A stretch of 64,000 nt of DNA from assembly GCF_964204645.1 (NCBI RefSeq), contig NC_134035.1:806001-870000 (forward strand), written 5' to 3'. Position 1 is the first letter of the stretch; each line of letters opens with the position of its first letter. Below, one piece after another: positions 25,843-39,800 of the stretch. Under the pieces are notes generated by a model. The model saw only the letters and a program-made list of their open reading frames with translations. It did not search any database and was not told the DNA's origin. This stretch comes from Tubulanus polymorphus (lineage: Eukaryota > Animalia > Nemertea). The position numbers and the translations under genes were made by a program.

Positions 25843-27847
25843 CGAGCTGTGCTAAATGATTATCTAACGAATTTAATCGGGTGCGGGGATTGGATAGACT
25901 TCGACGGACTCGTTCAAATGAGAAACAATTCGTAATTCATTTTCCAATCTGGAGCAGTAAGGTTAGATAACAGTAGCTCAATGATGAACTATATCCCATA
26001 AAGATGATGTATTTCATTGCATCCGTGACGTCATAGGCAGGAAGTCATTCGTTGTGTTACAATTTTCTTTCTAATCTCGGTATAGTAAGGTTATATATAG
26101 AAAAATGTTTAATTGATAAACTATGGATATGAAGTTATCGTCGAAAGGTTGTACCGCGCGATACGGCATTTGTGGTACAGCGGACACGTAAACGTGTAGA
26201 CTAATTGTACTAGATGGTCGACTGACTCGTGGAGATTCAACCGATGTCTTTGAAGAAGAGTCTTACCGACTCTAAACGTTGTATGAGGTTATAACCCTAA
26301 CAAGTGGTCTTGGGCGGGCCACGGTATATATAACCGTAATCGATCCAAAAGCACGTGGCGTACACCCGCGAAAATGAATACATTGATTTAACTCGCGACG
26401 GCCGCCCATCGGCGTTTTGTATTAGCTGAAGCAGTTCAGATTAATTTCATTCTGTTATATTTGATATATTACGACATTAGGTTTATCTACCATAACCTGA
26501 TATAAACCTGAATTAATTTGTTTGATTGAAAACACTTGGCAAATATTCAGATAACATAATCAACTACAAATTTCTCAATGACAAGACGTATATAAAATAA
26601 ATCTCATCATAGGTTAACAATAGATTATTCTAAGAATTGCAAATTAGACAAAAATCTTAAAAGTTCGTCAGCTAGAAATTAAAAAAAAAATTGCTGAGGA
26701 AATCGAAACATAGTTCGCTTAATGATCATAATTGTTACATGTATTATTCAAATGTATATAATAAAAACATCACGAAAATTGTGTTTGATAGTTTAGATTT
26801 TGTTGGAAAGTCGCCCCTGGATCTGCCCCATTCACAGTATCAAATGCTTCTCTATTATCCGCTTGTTTTCGGGGAGCTTCTTCATATACGATTGCATGAT
26901 AGAATAAATTGAATTTGAATTTACCGCCGTAAGCACCGGCGAGGCAAAAACGTTAGAAGCGATTGTTTGCGAAAAAGATTGAATCAGAGGAATCATTAAA
27001 AGAAAAAGAATAAATCAATCTAAACTGTTTCGCAAAAGATATAAAACTTTTTCGATTATAATCAAAAGTGCCAGCACTGGTTCGGCTAACAAAAATTAGC
27101 CAGGAACGTGTTTTAGTTAACAATGTGCCGGGGACGTATTTTAGTGTTTGAAGCCAATTCCGTACTTTAGATTAATACGTTTCCGGACAAAAACTTGGAC
27201 TTTTATGCGATCTTAAGAATTTCATCTTCATCAATCGATCAAAATGTAGGTAGATTACGGATGAAAGGCCCTCAATTTATTCGATCTAATGCTTCATCAG
27301 AGTCTTGTGTTGCCTGGAGTTGAATTTTGTTATCGTTTTTGCAATGAGAGGGGAAAAAATCGGAGCCGCCGCTGTGTGTGCCCCTGGCTGCTTTCTTCTT
27401 CCTGTTCCTTCTTCGGCCATCTCTCTCCTCGTTGACTGAGTCATCGCTTTCCGGGCGTCTCTTGATTTCCGTAACATTTTTAACCTCATCAGTAGAAGAT
27501 GAGATGGACTGTGTTTTAGTTTAACATTCGGACCTTTTCGCAAACCCCTGTGTTTCACTGCCCTATCTTTTTTTCATTTCCATCCAATAATGATAACAAT
27601 TCATTCAGCAGTGAATTTGACAATATTTTTTGGCAGGCAGGTGGGCAATATTTATTGTTTGATTCCTTATGAGATTTTGACGGGAATCAATCTAATTGAA
27701 GACTATATCAGTTTTCTACAAATAAATTAACTAACTACAATACATTAGTCATTACAAAAATTGATACTGTGCTGTGTGTGTATGGGCTGTGTATTGTGTT
27801 GTAGTAATTGATAAATGTTTATTGAAATTTCAGAATTGATTAAGAGA

Positions 27848-30800
27848 ATGGATAACAAAAGGACTCCACCGGTATTTATTAGTTACATTCTCTTATTTTC
27901 ATGATTCTAATCGAATCTTGCGTTGGTAGATTTGTAAATGTTTTTTTTTTGTCTCATCCATGTTTAAGGTGACTGGGCGTGTTGGTTTGAGGAAAATAGA
28001 CGGTATGATTATTGCTCTTATGCGTTTCGAAATAATTGTGATTAATAGTCAAATATTTTTGAAATAAATAAAGAGAAAGTGGCTGCCTTTGGATGGGATT
28101 ATTGAGAAAATTGAAAGTGGATTCGAAAGATTTGTTACTATAGCCTACATCGTGCATGTTTTTTTATTTCAGGAATTTGCACATTGTTCGTTGGGAATAT
28201 GAATAAATCAACGACTCTGTCGCAGTTAATCAGCTTCTTCGAATCGAACGCTAATCAGCCCGGATTGCCGCGTATTAGTGTATTCGACGCCAGAAAGATG
28301 CCTTCATCGTTGTAAGTTCGTTAATACTATATCGCTGAATAAGGTTGATCCTGGTTTTTATCGGTTTAGATGAAATCATTCGCGCAAGTCGCCATTGACT
28401 TACTTCTGCTACGGTCCAGAGATAACCGATCGGCGAGAAGAGATTTCCATGTAGAAATAACTGACAACGAAACCTATCATACAGTTTATACATTTGGTTT
28501 ATTCACCAGACCAAGATCAAGCCAAAAACTGCCTAATGTCACTGGTGGTGTAGTATTTATACTAAACCATTCAACAGTAGCATGAAATTACTACAATAGT
28601 ATTGATATCCACCAGTGACATCAGGACAACAATTGCAAATGCATATTTCACAATATAAATGCACACATACTGGTAACAACTGGACAAAGAAACCTCATGT
28701 TGATAATGTTAAAGGTGGAACTCAGAGGGTTGAAGGGAAATGAAACCTCAAACCTGCTAATGCCCAGAGTAGTATTCAGTGGGTTGTGGGGAAACCAAAA
28801 CATTTAACGTGCTAATAATAATCCTATTAGTGGAGCTCAGTTGGTTGATGGAGGGATGAAACCTCAAACCTGCTAATGCCCAGGTTCCAGTTCCACAGTT
28901 CCGAGTTAAGATTTGACTCTGAGTTAACTCATTGAAAATGAACTAAATTTAACTCAGAGTTAACTCTAACTCACAACTGTGGAACTCACAACTGTGGAAC
29001 TGGGTTCAGGGCAGTATTCAGTAGGTTGTGGAAAAAACAAAGCATTTAACGTGCTAATAATAATCCTATAAGTGGAGCTCAGTTGGTTGATGAAGGGATG
29101 AAAAGAAACCTGACACGCGAAGTGATATTCAAAAAAGTTAAATTTTGTTCAAGGTATGGTTGGATTGAACTGGACAAACCGGCGCGTGATCTAAAAGCAG
29201 CCTTGGCCCTCGACGGTAAAGTTCTGCTCAATCGAAATTTACGAATTAAAATCCACGACAAATCGAAGATGGAATTTGAGCCTTTGTTGAGTAAAGGTAA
29301 GCAGTTCTTACTAAAGTCAACCCTCGTTGATGCAGCTGAAAAATTGGCTAAGTTTAATTCAGCCCTGTAGTCATCAGCCATGTCTTTGGGGGGAGGGGGT
29401 TTGATTTTCATGAAAAAGGAACTTTTTGTAAGGTGCTTTCGCAAATGGTCCCGCAGAAAATTTTTGAAAATTAGATGCATTGAAGAGAAGTTATTTCACA
29501 ACTTCTAGTATGTTTGTGGTGAGAAATTTGCTTCATTTCCCTACAATTTGGCCTCAAATCAAGTAAGTCTGCAAACATGTGCACATTTTGAACAAACTTT
29601 CTTAAAGCCAGCGTCTGAGGGACCTTCGTCAATGGGCGGGATAAGTTCGTTCAACCCTCCAGAATCCTAGGCCTTTAATGAGAGATCTCGTCGATTTCAG
29701 ATCCAAAAGAAACTGCAGCAGTTTGTAAGGTGATCGTGACCAATTTAGATCCGAACACGGTGACGTCAGATATTCGAAAATACTTCCGAAATCACAATAT
29801 TTCGATCCCAAATATAGTGAAACCCATTAGAAAATCGTGAGTAAAATTTAAAACGTCATCGGGACCCAGTTCGGCTGTTGAAATTAGACCCTAGAGCTGA
29901 ACAATTGAAAATGAACTGCATTCTTAATTGAAACTAATTTGGAACAGTGGAATTGGGTCCAGAGTTAAGCCGGCAAATTGATGTGAAATATAGATTTCTG
30001 CTTATTAGCACAATATAAGAAAATCATGAAAATGTGTAAGAAATTCATTAAAGAAAATTTTGTGTGTTTTGATATTATGCCACATACTGTGGAGCTTAGA
30101 ATAAAACACAATTTGATGTAGAGATGTGTCCAAAACCTTTATAAGGGGTTAAAGCGAAATCCTCCAACTGAGAAGAAATTGAAATTGAGACCTGTATTTG
30201 TGATTGTCGTCTAATGATATTATTTCAGTCATGCGTTTGTAGAAATCGCGAATCCTGACGTAGATTTGAAGCAGGCGCTCGCGCTCAACAATACGCCGTT
30301 TAAGGGCAAAAACATCTTCATCAAATTAACGGAGGAATGTGAACCGAAATTCAAACATCTCATCGACCAATCAGTGAAAGGTATATCTGCGAATCAATGA
30401 TTTCAATTTTAGACTTTAACTTAATGAGCTCTGGTACATATTGATAGGTGGCTGCAGCGGTCTCAGGTTCATTCCTCGGGTCAGTTTCATATGTGACATA
30501 TGTGAGACTGCCAAATTAGCCATTAATTATTCAAACTATGATGCTATCAATCACGTATTCTAAAAGGTGTAAATTAGTTAATTGATACTGTCTATGACAA
30601 ACAAACACACCATCTCAAACATGTACTGTCTATCACTTGAATGCAGTTTTCAGGTAAAATAAGGGCAATTTTGACTGTAAACCCCTATTCACTATTTAAA
30701 ACCCCTATTTCATAAAATTGAGACTAGTCTAAGCTGATCTTAGTTGCTGTTTGACATTCTAAATCCTCAACAGTTGCATAGCCTTCTATCGTGTTGAGAC

Positions 30801-33800
30801 CAATTTTAAGATTCAAGATCACTTTTGACTGTGTGCTACCGGGTGCAGCGTATATTAGTAGTGTTGGAGATGTTGTGTTTTTCAGCGAGTTCCGCTACTT
30901 CTACTGATGTAAAGACTGTTGAGGAAGTTACATCGCAGGACGTTGAAATGAAAGAATCAACCGCAGCGCCAGCGACGAAGACTAAAGAAATGACGACTCA
31001 ACAAGACGAGCCGCCTCCAAAACCGGAAAGATTATTCTGTGAAGTAAATATTGTATCATATTGTATAATGTTTATGACTTATTTTGTTAGTTAGGAACCA
31101 AGGTTCGTACACCTCCTGGAATTCCTGGATTTCCTGGAATTCCAGTTGCCGTGGGCTGGGTTTCATAGATGTGGAAGAAAAATAGTCTCTGGGAACATTT
31201 TGAAATTTGTCAGTTATTACCAACCATGGTTTCTCATTGTAACTATGGTGGTTGTCACCCAGATTGAGGATTTAACCCTAGGGATACTCGGTCTATGAAA
31301 CCGGGCCCTGAAGTGTGTACGAACGCTGGGAAAGATCCCCTCGACTCATTTGGCAGTTGATATTAAATTCCACGCTAAGAAAAAAAAGGTTTCGAAATTT
31401 GTTCTCATATTGATGGATCTATTTTAGCGTTTCTATTCTATCCTCGAGGATTATCCTGAGGAATGCTGGACTTAATATAATCATTATGACACTGAGTGTT
31501 TCATCAATGCTTACCATTTGACACTTGTTTCCATTAATAAGTCCAAAGAGTTGAATGAATTGTGTAAAATGTCTTATGAAAATCATTTTCTTTGTTTCAG
31601 TTATGTCAGATTGGATATACGAACGGTGTCGATCATCACAATCACACGATGCAGCATTTATTGGTAAGAGATTCATTCCGATTGGGTAGTTAGTTTCGGT
31701 TCTTGATTGATTCGGATTTCGACTTTCTGATCTCTACGATCTCTTGTGGCGATCGTCATTCCCTCTCTTGACAAAAGATTTGTGTTTGGTTCAAGTTGAA
31801 TTTATCTCGCCCTTCTTGGTTGGTACCATTTACCAGTTCTTGTGGTTTTCGTGATATTTTTTCTCAACTTTAATAGTTGTGTAACTCTTGTCTACAAGAT
31901 CAATTGCTTTAAATCAATGAATCGTCTTGGAATCAGTTGTACTTAAGAACCATTTGTGCCACTTCATGTATTAGGGTTGTTGCTTAAGTGTTGGGTGCGT
32001 CCCACTATGGAAACAGTCGTTAGATGTGCCTTCAGCAAATCAGCTGTTTGTTTCTTCAAGGCATTTCTGTTAGGAAGAGGTGTAGAAGTGTCCCAGTGGC
32101 ATTCGCTCATCAATCCAGGATTCATGTCTTTGAATTCTGGTGGTAGCAGTCAGTCAGTTGGCCTTTCACTTGTCTATCATCAATCCAGGGTTTATGTGTT
32201 TGAATCCTGGTGGTAGCAGTCAGTCAGTCTTTCACTGGTCTCTCATCAATCCAGGGTTCATGTGTTTGAATTCTGGTGGTAGCAGTCAGTCAGTCTTTCA
32301 CTGGTCTCTCATCAATCCAGGGTTCATGTCTTTGAATTCTGGTGGTAGCAGTCAGTCAGTTGGCCTTTCACTTGTCTATCATCAATCCAGGGTTTATGTG
32401 TTTGAATCCTGGTGGTAGCAGTCAGTCAGTCTTTCACTGGTCTCTCATCAATCCAGGGTTCATGTGTTTGAATTCTGGTGGTACCAGTCAGTCAGTCTTT
32501 CACTGGTCTCTCATCAATCCAGGGTTCATGTGTTTGTATCCTAGCCGTAGCAGTCAGTCAGTCTTTCACTGGTCTCTCATCAATCCTGGGTTTATGTGTT
32601 TGTATCCTGGTGTTAGCAGTCAGTCAGTCTTTCACTGGTCTCTCATCAATCCTGGGTTTATGTGTTTGAATCCTGGTGTTAGCAGTCAGTCAGTCTTTCA
32701 CTGGTCTCTCATCAATCCAGGGTTTATGTGTTTGAATCCTGGTGTTAGCAGTCAGTCAGTCTTTCACTGGTCTCTCATCAATCCTGGGTTTATGTGTTTG
32801 AATCCTGGTGTTAGCAGTCAGTCAGTCTTTCGCATAGATATTGCTTTCTCATCAATCCTGGGTTCATGTGTTTGATTTCTAGTGGTACCAGTCAGTCAGT
32901 ATTTTTGCTGGTCTGCTTTGCTCATGGGTTTGAATATTTCGTGGAGGTTTTGTTGACATTGGTTCTTCTGTGGCTTCTCGATGATAAAGGTAAGAGATGC
33001 CTTAAACCCCATCGCTGTTTGGGATGGCAAATTTATTTTCATTTAAATGGAGCTTGTAAAAATGCTGCATTATGAAGTCTGTTTATTTTGAAGTTATATC
33101 GTTGTCTGCTGGAATTAGTATTAGAAAATGTGTACAGGAAATTGTTGTGTGCATTGGCTGACATTTCGTGCTTTCCATGGAAAGTGCTGACTTCAGCCCA
33201 GTCAACCTCATTGTTAGATACTACCTGACTAACATTTCAAAGACCGGTAAACCGATGATGATATTAAGACTGCCTGGTTTTAATTGAAGATAGGGTCTCA
33301 GATCAAAAGACTGCTGGCTATCGAACCTAAATAGGTTCAGAACTGATTTTCAATCAAAGCCTGCACTGCGTAACTCGTTCTATTTTATTGACTGGTTGTT
33401 TATTGAAAGTAATCGTGATTTTTCATTTTAGGTCATTAAACTTTTCTAGTGGATTATTTTGAGTTTTCTCATGTTTGCGTGCGGAATATTCTATTTCTTC
33501 ATGTTCTCGGTTTGTTTGTCTTGGACCAAACTTAATCTAGTAATAATGCATTTTGTTGAATATCAATTTATATTTCAGTGAATGAATGAATGAATTTGTT
33601 AGATTTGTATTGTCTTTTTGCCATGTTCCAAGGCAGAAAGTGGCTGTGCATCTTTTACCATAGCTTCATCGATACAAATATGCACATGCCTGGCCTTTGC
33701 GACGAGCCAGTTCAGAAGCAGCGCTGGTAATCTGACTAAAACAGCATAGCTTCACTGGCGGCATTTGAACCTACCAGCTATTACCTTAGAATCGAAACGT

Positions 33801-36800
33801 ACGTCAAGCCACGAATTCAACATGAAATACGATGGGCCAGAAATTCGGTATTTGATTTCTGAGCTATTTTGGAAATGTAGGATTGGTCTATATATAATAC
33901 CAGCTTATAAATGTGCGCATAATTTGATTGTGGCAAAAGTGTCCATGACTTGGTACGCAATTTTAGTCCGGTTTCGATTCAAATGTGCAAATCCCTATAG
34001 CTCTACCGCGTGGCCTTGTATCGGGTTTACGGTTTATGCTATTGCGAAATAGGTTGAGTGTATTCTGGTTGTGAAAGCAACGTGCCAAAAAAAGTATTCC
34101 AGAACCCGGTTGAGACCACTCAAAACCTGACGCACACCGGTATTTGTCGGAGGGCTTGGTAAACGTCGATACAACCTGTTCGCAGTTCACGCGGTTCTTC
34201 AACTGTCCTTTAATTACTTATCATGTTCTACTTTTTGAATTTCTTTTTACACAGAATGAAAAACTGGAGAAAAATTCAGGTGAGTTTTCAAGATGAGAGA
34301 AAACAAAGTTACACGCGCGTATTATTACATATTCGTAAAGCGTTACACCGCGGTAGATTGCGTAGATACGGAGAAAACTGCCAGTATTGTTGAACAGTCG
34401 TTGTGCCAGCATTCGGGCATTCACTTCAATACATGATGGATAGATGGCGGTGCTGTACGCGTGGTATTGTAGATAACGCTAAAACACTTCAAGCGTTTAA
34501 CACTTTTGATGCCCTTCTCGCATTATTGCTTCATGAATGTTAGTCATTGTCGAGCTAAGCTCAGATATTACCAATAGAGGGCAGCATGTTCTGGATTTAA
34601 TTGACTTGTATTGGTTGAATTATCGCTCTGAAACGTAACGAGGAGCCATTCGAATATAAACACGTCGATCAAATTCAGAAAATTGCCAACGTTTGGTGAT
34701 ATTTTACGACCGTTTGGCCGGAAACTAGCCTGGCAACTGAACAAACCGATTGAGAAGGGATAAAACTGGTATGTAGCTTATATAACATAAGTATTGGTAT
34801 CATTAGAAACATTGATATGAGCTCTAGAACGCTTCCAGACTGCATAAGTCTACCTTTTAAGGTATGGCAAATATTTGAGTTTGAAATATGTGAAAAATGT
34901 GCTCCGGGAAGATGGTTTGGTGAAGGCCATTGTTGTGCATTAAGTTAACATCGAAAGAGATAATAGAGATGGCCAGTGCTCTGTATTTACGAGAATGAAC
35001 ACATGTTGACATCTTCCTGCTTCAAGGGTTTTGAAGTACTGTAAGATTCGCTCTTAGATTTGTAGTTACATCTCCCGGCTTTGGTGCACCGTGTATTTCG
35101 GGAGCCTTGTAGAATTCACAAATAAGTTTTTACATCCGAAAGCTTTGAGGACTGTCTTACAACGTTATGGTGAGGCCATCGAAAGGACCCTTTAAGCAAG
35201 AGGGATCTGCTTGTGGCTTCGTGGTACATTACCATTCAGATGTATTGAATTTAGTTTTATGTGTTCAGTAAGTTTCAATAACATGAGTTAAATGAATTTG
35301 TGAATGTTAGGGAATTTCAATATTTTGTACACGGCGAAATTGTGATTAACAAAGCGATAGTGATCAACCTGAAAATGAACTGTTTGAATGGACTTGACAG
35401 TTTATTCTTTCCGAAATAGGAGCGAAGGAGCAGCTTTCGTGAAAATTACAAAGAAGATCATACTGTACATGTAATATTAGTACGGCCGGTCATTGTGACT
35501 CGATACTGAACACTTGTTGGGATGATCGTAGCTGGAACCAGTAAAATGTCCTTACAACTTGAGCATTATTCATCTCAACCTATTGAAGAGGTGCTTGCTA
35601 ACACATCACACAGTTTAGCTGGTAGATGTTAAGCTTCGCGATACCACAGTAGAATCATTCGTTGCTGAGAAAGACTTTTACTATGAAAATGTGCGATAGC
35701 CGGAGCTGTGTTTATCAGCAGTGCGTGTGACGTTACAACAATCTTCTTCGTCAATCCAGCGTGGAGCGTTGCAGACTTCAGTCATTCTACTCACGATGAA
35801 CCAGTGTTGACTGGCTATACACGTACTTTAGTAATGGCAAAAAAGCCTTATCGAGGATTGCTCCTAGAGACTGTATGCAAGAAGCTACTCAGGGCTCTGC
35901 ATTGATTCATCGAGGATTTTAAAAAACTTGTAGCCGCGATCACACAAGTTTTAACTGTTCACACTGGTTCATACAAATGGGACAGTGCCTGTTTTACACT
36001 GGCCTGGACCACATTTGGCTTGACCAAAAAAAATGAGCTTTATCGAGGATTACTTATCCTAGAGACTATGCGAGAAGCTACTCAGGGCTCTCCATTGATT
36101 CATTTATGATTTAAAAAACCTTGTAGCCGCGATCACACGAGTGTTTTTGACCATCCCGAGTCAACTGTTCACATTGGTTCCAACAAATGGGTCGGTGCCT
36201 GTTTGACATCGGCCGGGGTCAGTTTTGGCCAAACCTAAGATGTCAGAGCAGACCCCTGCCAAATTTTAGCGTGGGTCAAATCATTCTGCGTGAATGCTTA
36301 CTGGTTCCTGCTTACCACAACATGGTTTTGACGGCGTTTGAGTAATGAGTGAGTGATTTACTGTGTATGAATGCGCTCTATGTATTAAGCACAGGCCGGA
36401 TTTGACTCGTGGTCTGTTCTGGGCCAGTTTGATCCAGACCATATCGTCTTGTGTGATCGTAGCTTACATTGTTCCGTAGCAGCCCGTCAGAACTTAGTCA
36501 GCTAAAATGACACGATACTCGCCTTAAGATAAATGTACATCAAATCTGTTATGCTAAGCATCGCTTTGTCACGGTCAAAAGTTTTTGCAATGAGTAAAGG
36601 GATAGCGCGGACGCTAAGAATTCACAGCTAGATACTTGAATTAATTGTGCCGCTTAAACAACGAAAGACAATAGACAACATGTATTGGTACATAGTTCTA
36701 TTCACTGTTACAATTAGGGTATGATGGAATAGAAATTTTGCTGATATAAAAGAAAGTTGCGCCTGTCACCAGTCTTAAGAATGATGACTACCAGCTATGA

Positions 36801-39800
36801 GACAGCCATATATTCTATGCGACTGTAATTAGATCACATGGCTTGATAATTATTGCTGTGGAATGATGGTTCCATTGTAATTATTCATTGGTAACAATCT
36901 GTTAGTGCAAACATTTTTGAAACGACAGCTTTCTATAGTTAGTTCAGCTATGAGATCACGGCTACCGTACTGCAGTGCTGCAGTGTAGCCGGAGAGTAAC
37001 ATCAAAGATACATAACCAGATGTATTTTCGGTTATATCTAATTCACGCACCAGAGCGAGTTTTCATCTTTACTGTTGTCATCTTGAAAATTTTTCACAAT
37101 AAACTTGGCACCAACAAAAAAGTTTCATCGTCGCGATAAGGCTGTGTTTATATTGAATCCTGTCCGAGATATATACCCATCGGGTTCATACAGATCGCTT
37201 TCTGGCATTGCTTTGTCCGGTTTCATTTGTTGAATGGGATGTCCTGGTATAAATGGAACATGGTTTCACATTTTGCCGGACAGCCCAGAACAGTCATATG
37301 AACCGAGCATGGAGATCTTGCAGCCATATACCGGGTATTCTAGATTTGACTGCGCCATATGTGCTGGTAAACCATGGTGGCCACTCGGCAGGGAATCTAG
37401 AAAAAATCAGGCAAAACTCAAACATTGTGACATTTTAAACCACCAGAAATTGGTGTAAATTGGTGCAAAGTGGCCACCCTGTAAACGCAATTAGTGATTC
37501 GCACAACAGACCTTCGAAATTTATAAAATTTTGTGGCTCTCTTTGGTCGTTACCGGGATGTATAGCAAGTCGTCGGCGCTGGTTGGAAAACAAGCTCTGA
37601 TGTCAACGTGCAGAACCTCAAAAAATTCAGAATGAATATTATCACGTGCAGATATTAAAATGGATTCAGTGTAAATTGCAGCCTTTCACCGAGACTCGTT
37701 TATTCACTGCATGTTTCCATCTATTTACATTACAGTCGATAAACTACACGTTCATCAGAAGAAAATTCAAGAAATGGTCAACGCTGCAAACGCTAAAGAT
37801 GATCCTATCGTAGGTACGTAAAGAACGAACGAACGAACGAACGAACGAACGTGACGGTGGAATTAAGCGAGTCATTCTTTTGATTTTCGCAACGGGAAGA
37901 AACCATCTTGAGAAAATCACGAGCAGGATTAAGACGGAAGCATAAGGAGCTTGTGTTTCTGTTGCAATTTTGAAAATGCGATGGCAATATTTTTTCAGGG
38001 CACTTTTTCCACCTGCGACTTATAAGACAGCAGTCCACAACACAAGATTTAGCTGTTCCCTAGAAATTGTGCGAAAATGCGCTGACATTTAAAATTTTCC
38101 AGACCCTTGTTTTAGCTGCATTCTGCCCTTTTCAGTACATATGACGTTTTCATTTCGTTGTCCTCCTGACAACGTCTGCTCACTGATCCACCCCTGAAAA
38201 TAAACATTTGTTGTTTCAGGTACGAATAAACTACAGAAGTTTGTATACGGAGACACGGCCGAAACGTTCTGTATTAAGTTCGCTTGTAATTTGTGTAACG
38301 CCAAGACTTCGGATTTGATGATCGAACAAGCAGCTCTAATCGACCATCTGAAATCTGACAAACACAGAGCTAAATACATCGTAAGTATCTAGCCTAAGAT
38401 TTTTATCAGTCATTCAGCACTGATAGTACACACTGTGCTCATATTGTGTTAGTGTTTTTCAGCGTCTTTCGTCGTCAGTTAAGACATACTAATTCACAAA
38501 TCAGTAAATTTAACTTGCTGATAAAGGCAGGGCATTGGCTTAGTCAAAGCTTAATGAAATCCATGTACGTTAGGTTTAAAAAGTGCCTTGGGCTTATTGG
38601 CCATAGAATATGGTATCAATGGCGCTTAATCTGTTAGAGAAGTAACTATTAATCGTTCACGTTTGTTTTTCTCGACAGAGATTGAACGGAAATAAACAGA
38701 TCATTCAATCGTGCGAGAAAGCCGTTCAACTGAACGACGAAACAACGTTTCTGAAAGAAGCCGACAAATACGTGAAAGAGCATCCGAATCAGTTCTACGG
38801 AGCGACGCGACGAATCAACGCCAAATACAACATCGTTAACGCCGAAATCACTAAACAAAGATCGGAATGGCTCGTAAGTATTCAATTGAATTGTCAATTG
38901 GTAGAATTTGGTAGAATATTTTTAAAATTGAGACCAGGGGCCAGTTTCACAGTCGTGACTTAAGCCCAAAAGTGGTCTTAAATCGTAAGACTGGTCTTCG
39001 GTTTTTAATCAATTTTACATTGTGTACGGTGCTGTCTTGTTTTCAGAACCTGTTTCTTATTTCAATTTACAGAAAGCCATCGAAGCCGAAGCTTATAAGA
39101 AGAAGTTCGCCGTTGCAAGTGCAGGTATAAATGATCTTCGAATCATCTACGCATCGAATTCCTCGGTGTATAAATCAGACTCGTTTGTAATTGTTATTTG
39201 TTGGTTTTTTTCAGCGGACAATAATCCGGAAGTCAATGAAACGGCGTATGTTCAGGAACTGCTCGACGCCTCCAAACAAAGGCTCTACGGTAAGGGATGC
39301 ATAAATCGAAAACACAAGAAATTATTGTCCATGAAAGAACAAGAGGCTACTCACTGATATTTTCAAAGGCTAGATCTAGAGGATTAAGTTAACAAAAGGA
39401 ACAGTCTAACGGATAAAGTATCTGCAAAGGCATAAACAATTTCTAATCACTTCTTGACTGACATTGGTTGATAAAACCATACCTCGGTTTAAGTAAAGAG
39501 TTAATTAGCTCAACAAACCCTCTGGAAATGCTATAGTTATCACATTTGCTTTATCGTGACTCCAAATGCCACTTTGTCTAGCGACACAAGGCAAAAACAC
39601 TGAGGCAACCTAGTTCTAGGTTCTAGTTCAATCCTAGTTCCTAGCTCTAGGCTTCAATAAGCCTTCTTTAAATTGTAAGACTGATACGATAGTTTTGTCT
39701 CATGAGGCTGATGTAAACGTTGTATTTACAGGCGTCAGTTACGTGCTGGAGCAACGTTTTCAAGACAACATCAACGTATATCGATGTACGCTGTGTCAGC

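Noticed and set aside
29154-30380. Mutually exclusive RRM half-exons (29154-29296 vs 30229-30380, same phases)
   Set aside because: A second RNP2-containing exon (29701-29836) lies between them, so they are best explained as two tandem RRMs.
33255-33346. ATGATGA...CTGA snoRNA-like spacing in the RRM gene intron
   Set aside because: Weak terminal stem and no target complement recognised; would need snoscan/Infernal support.
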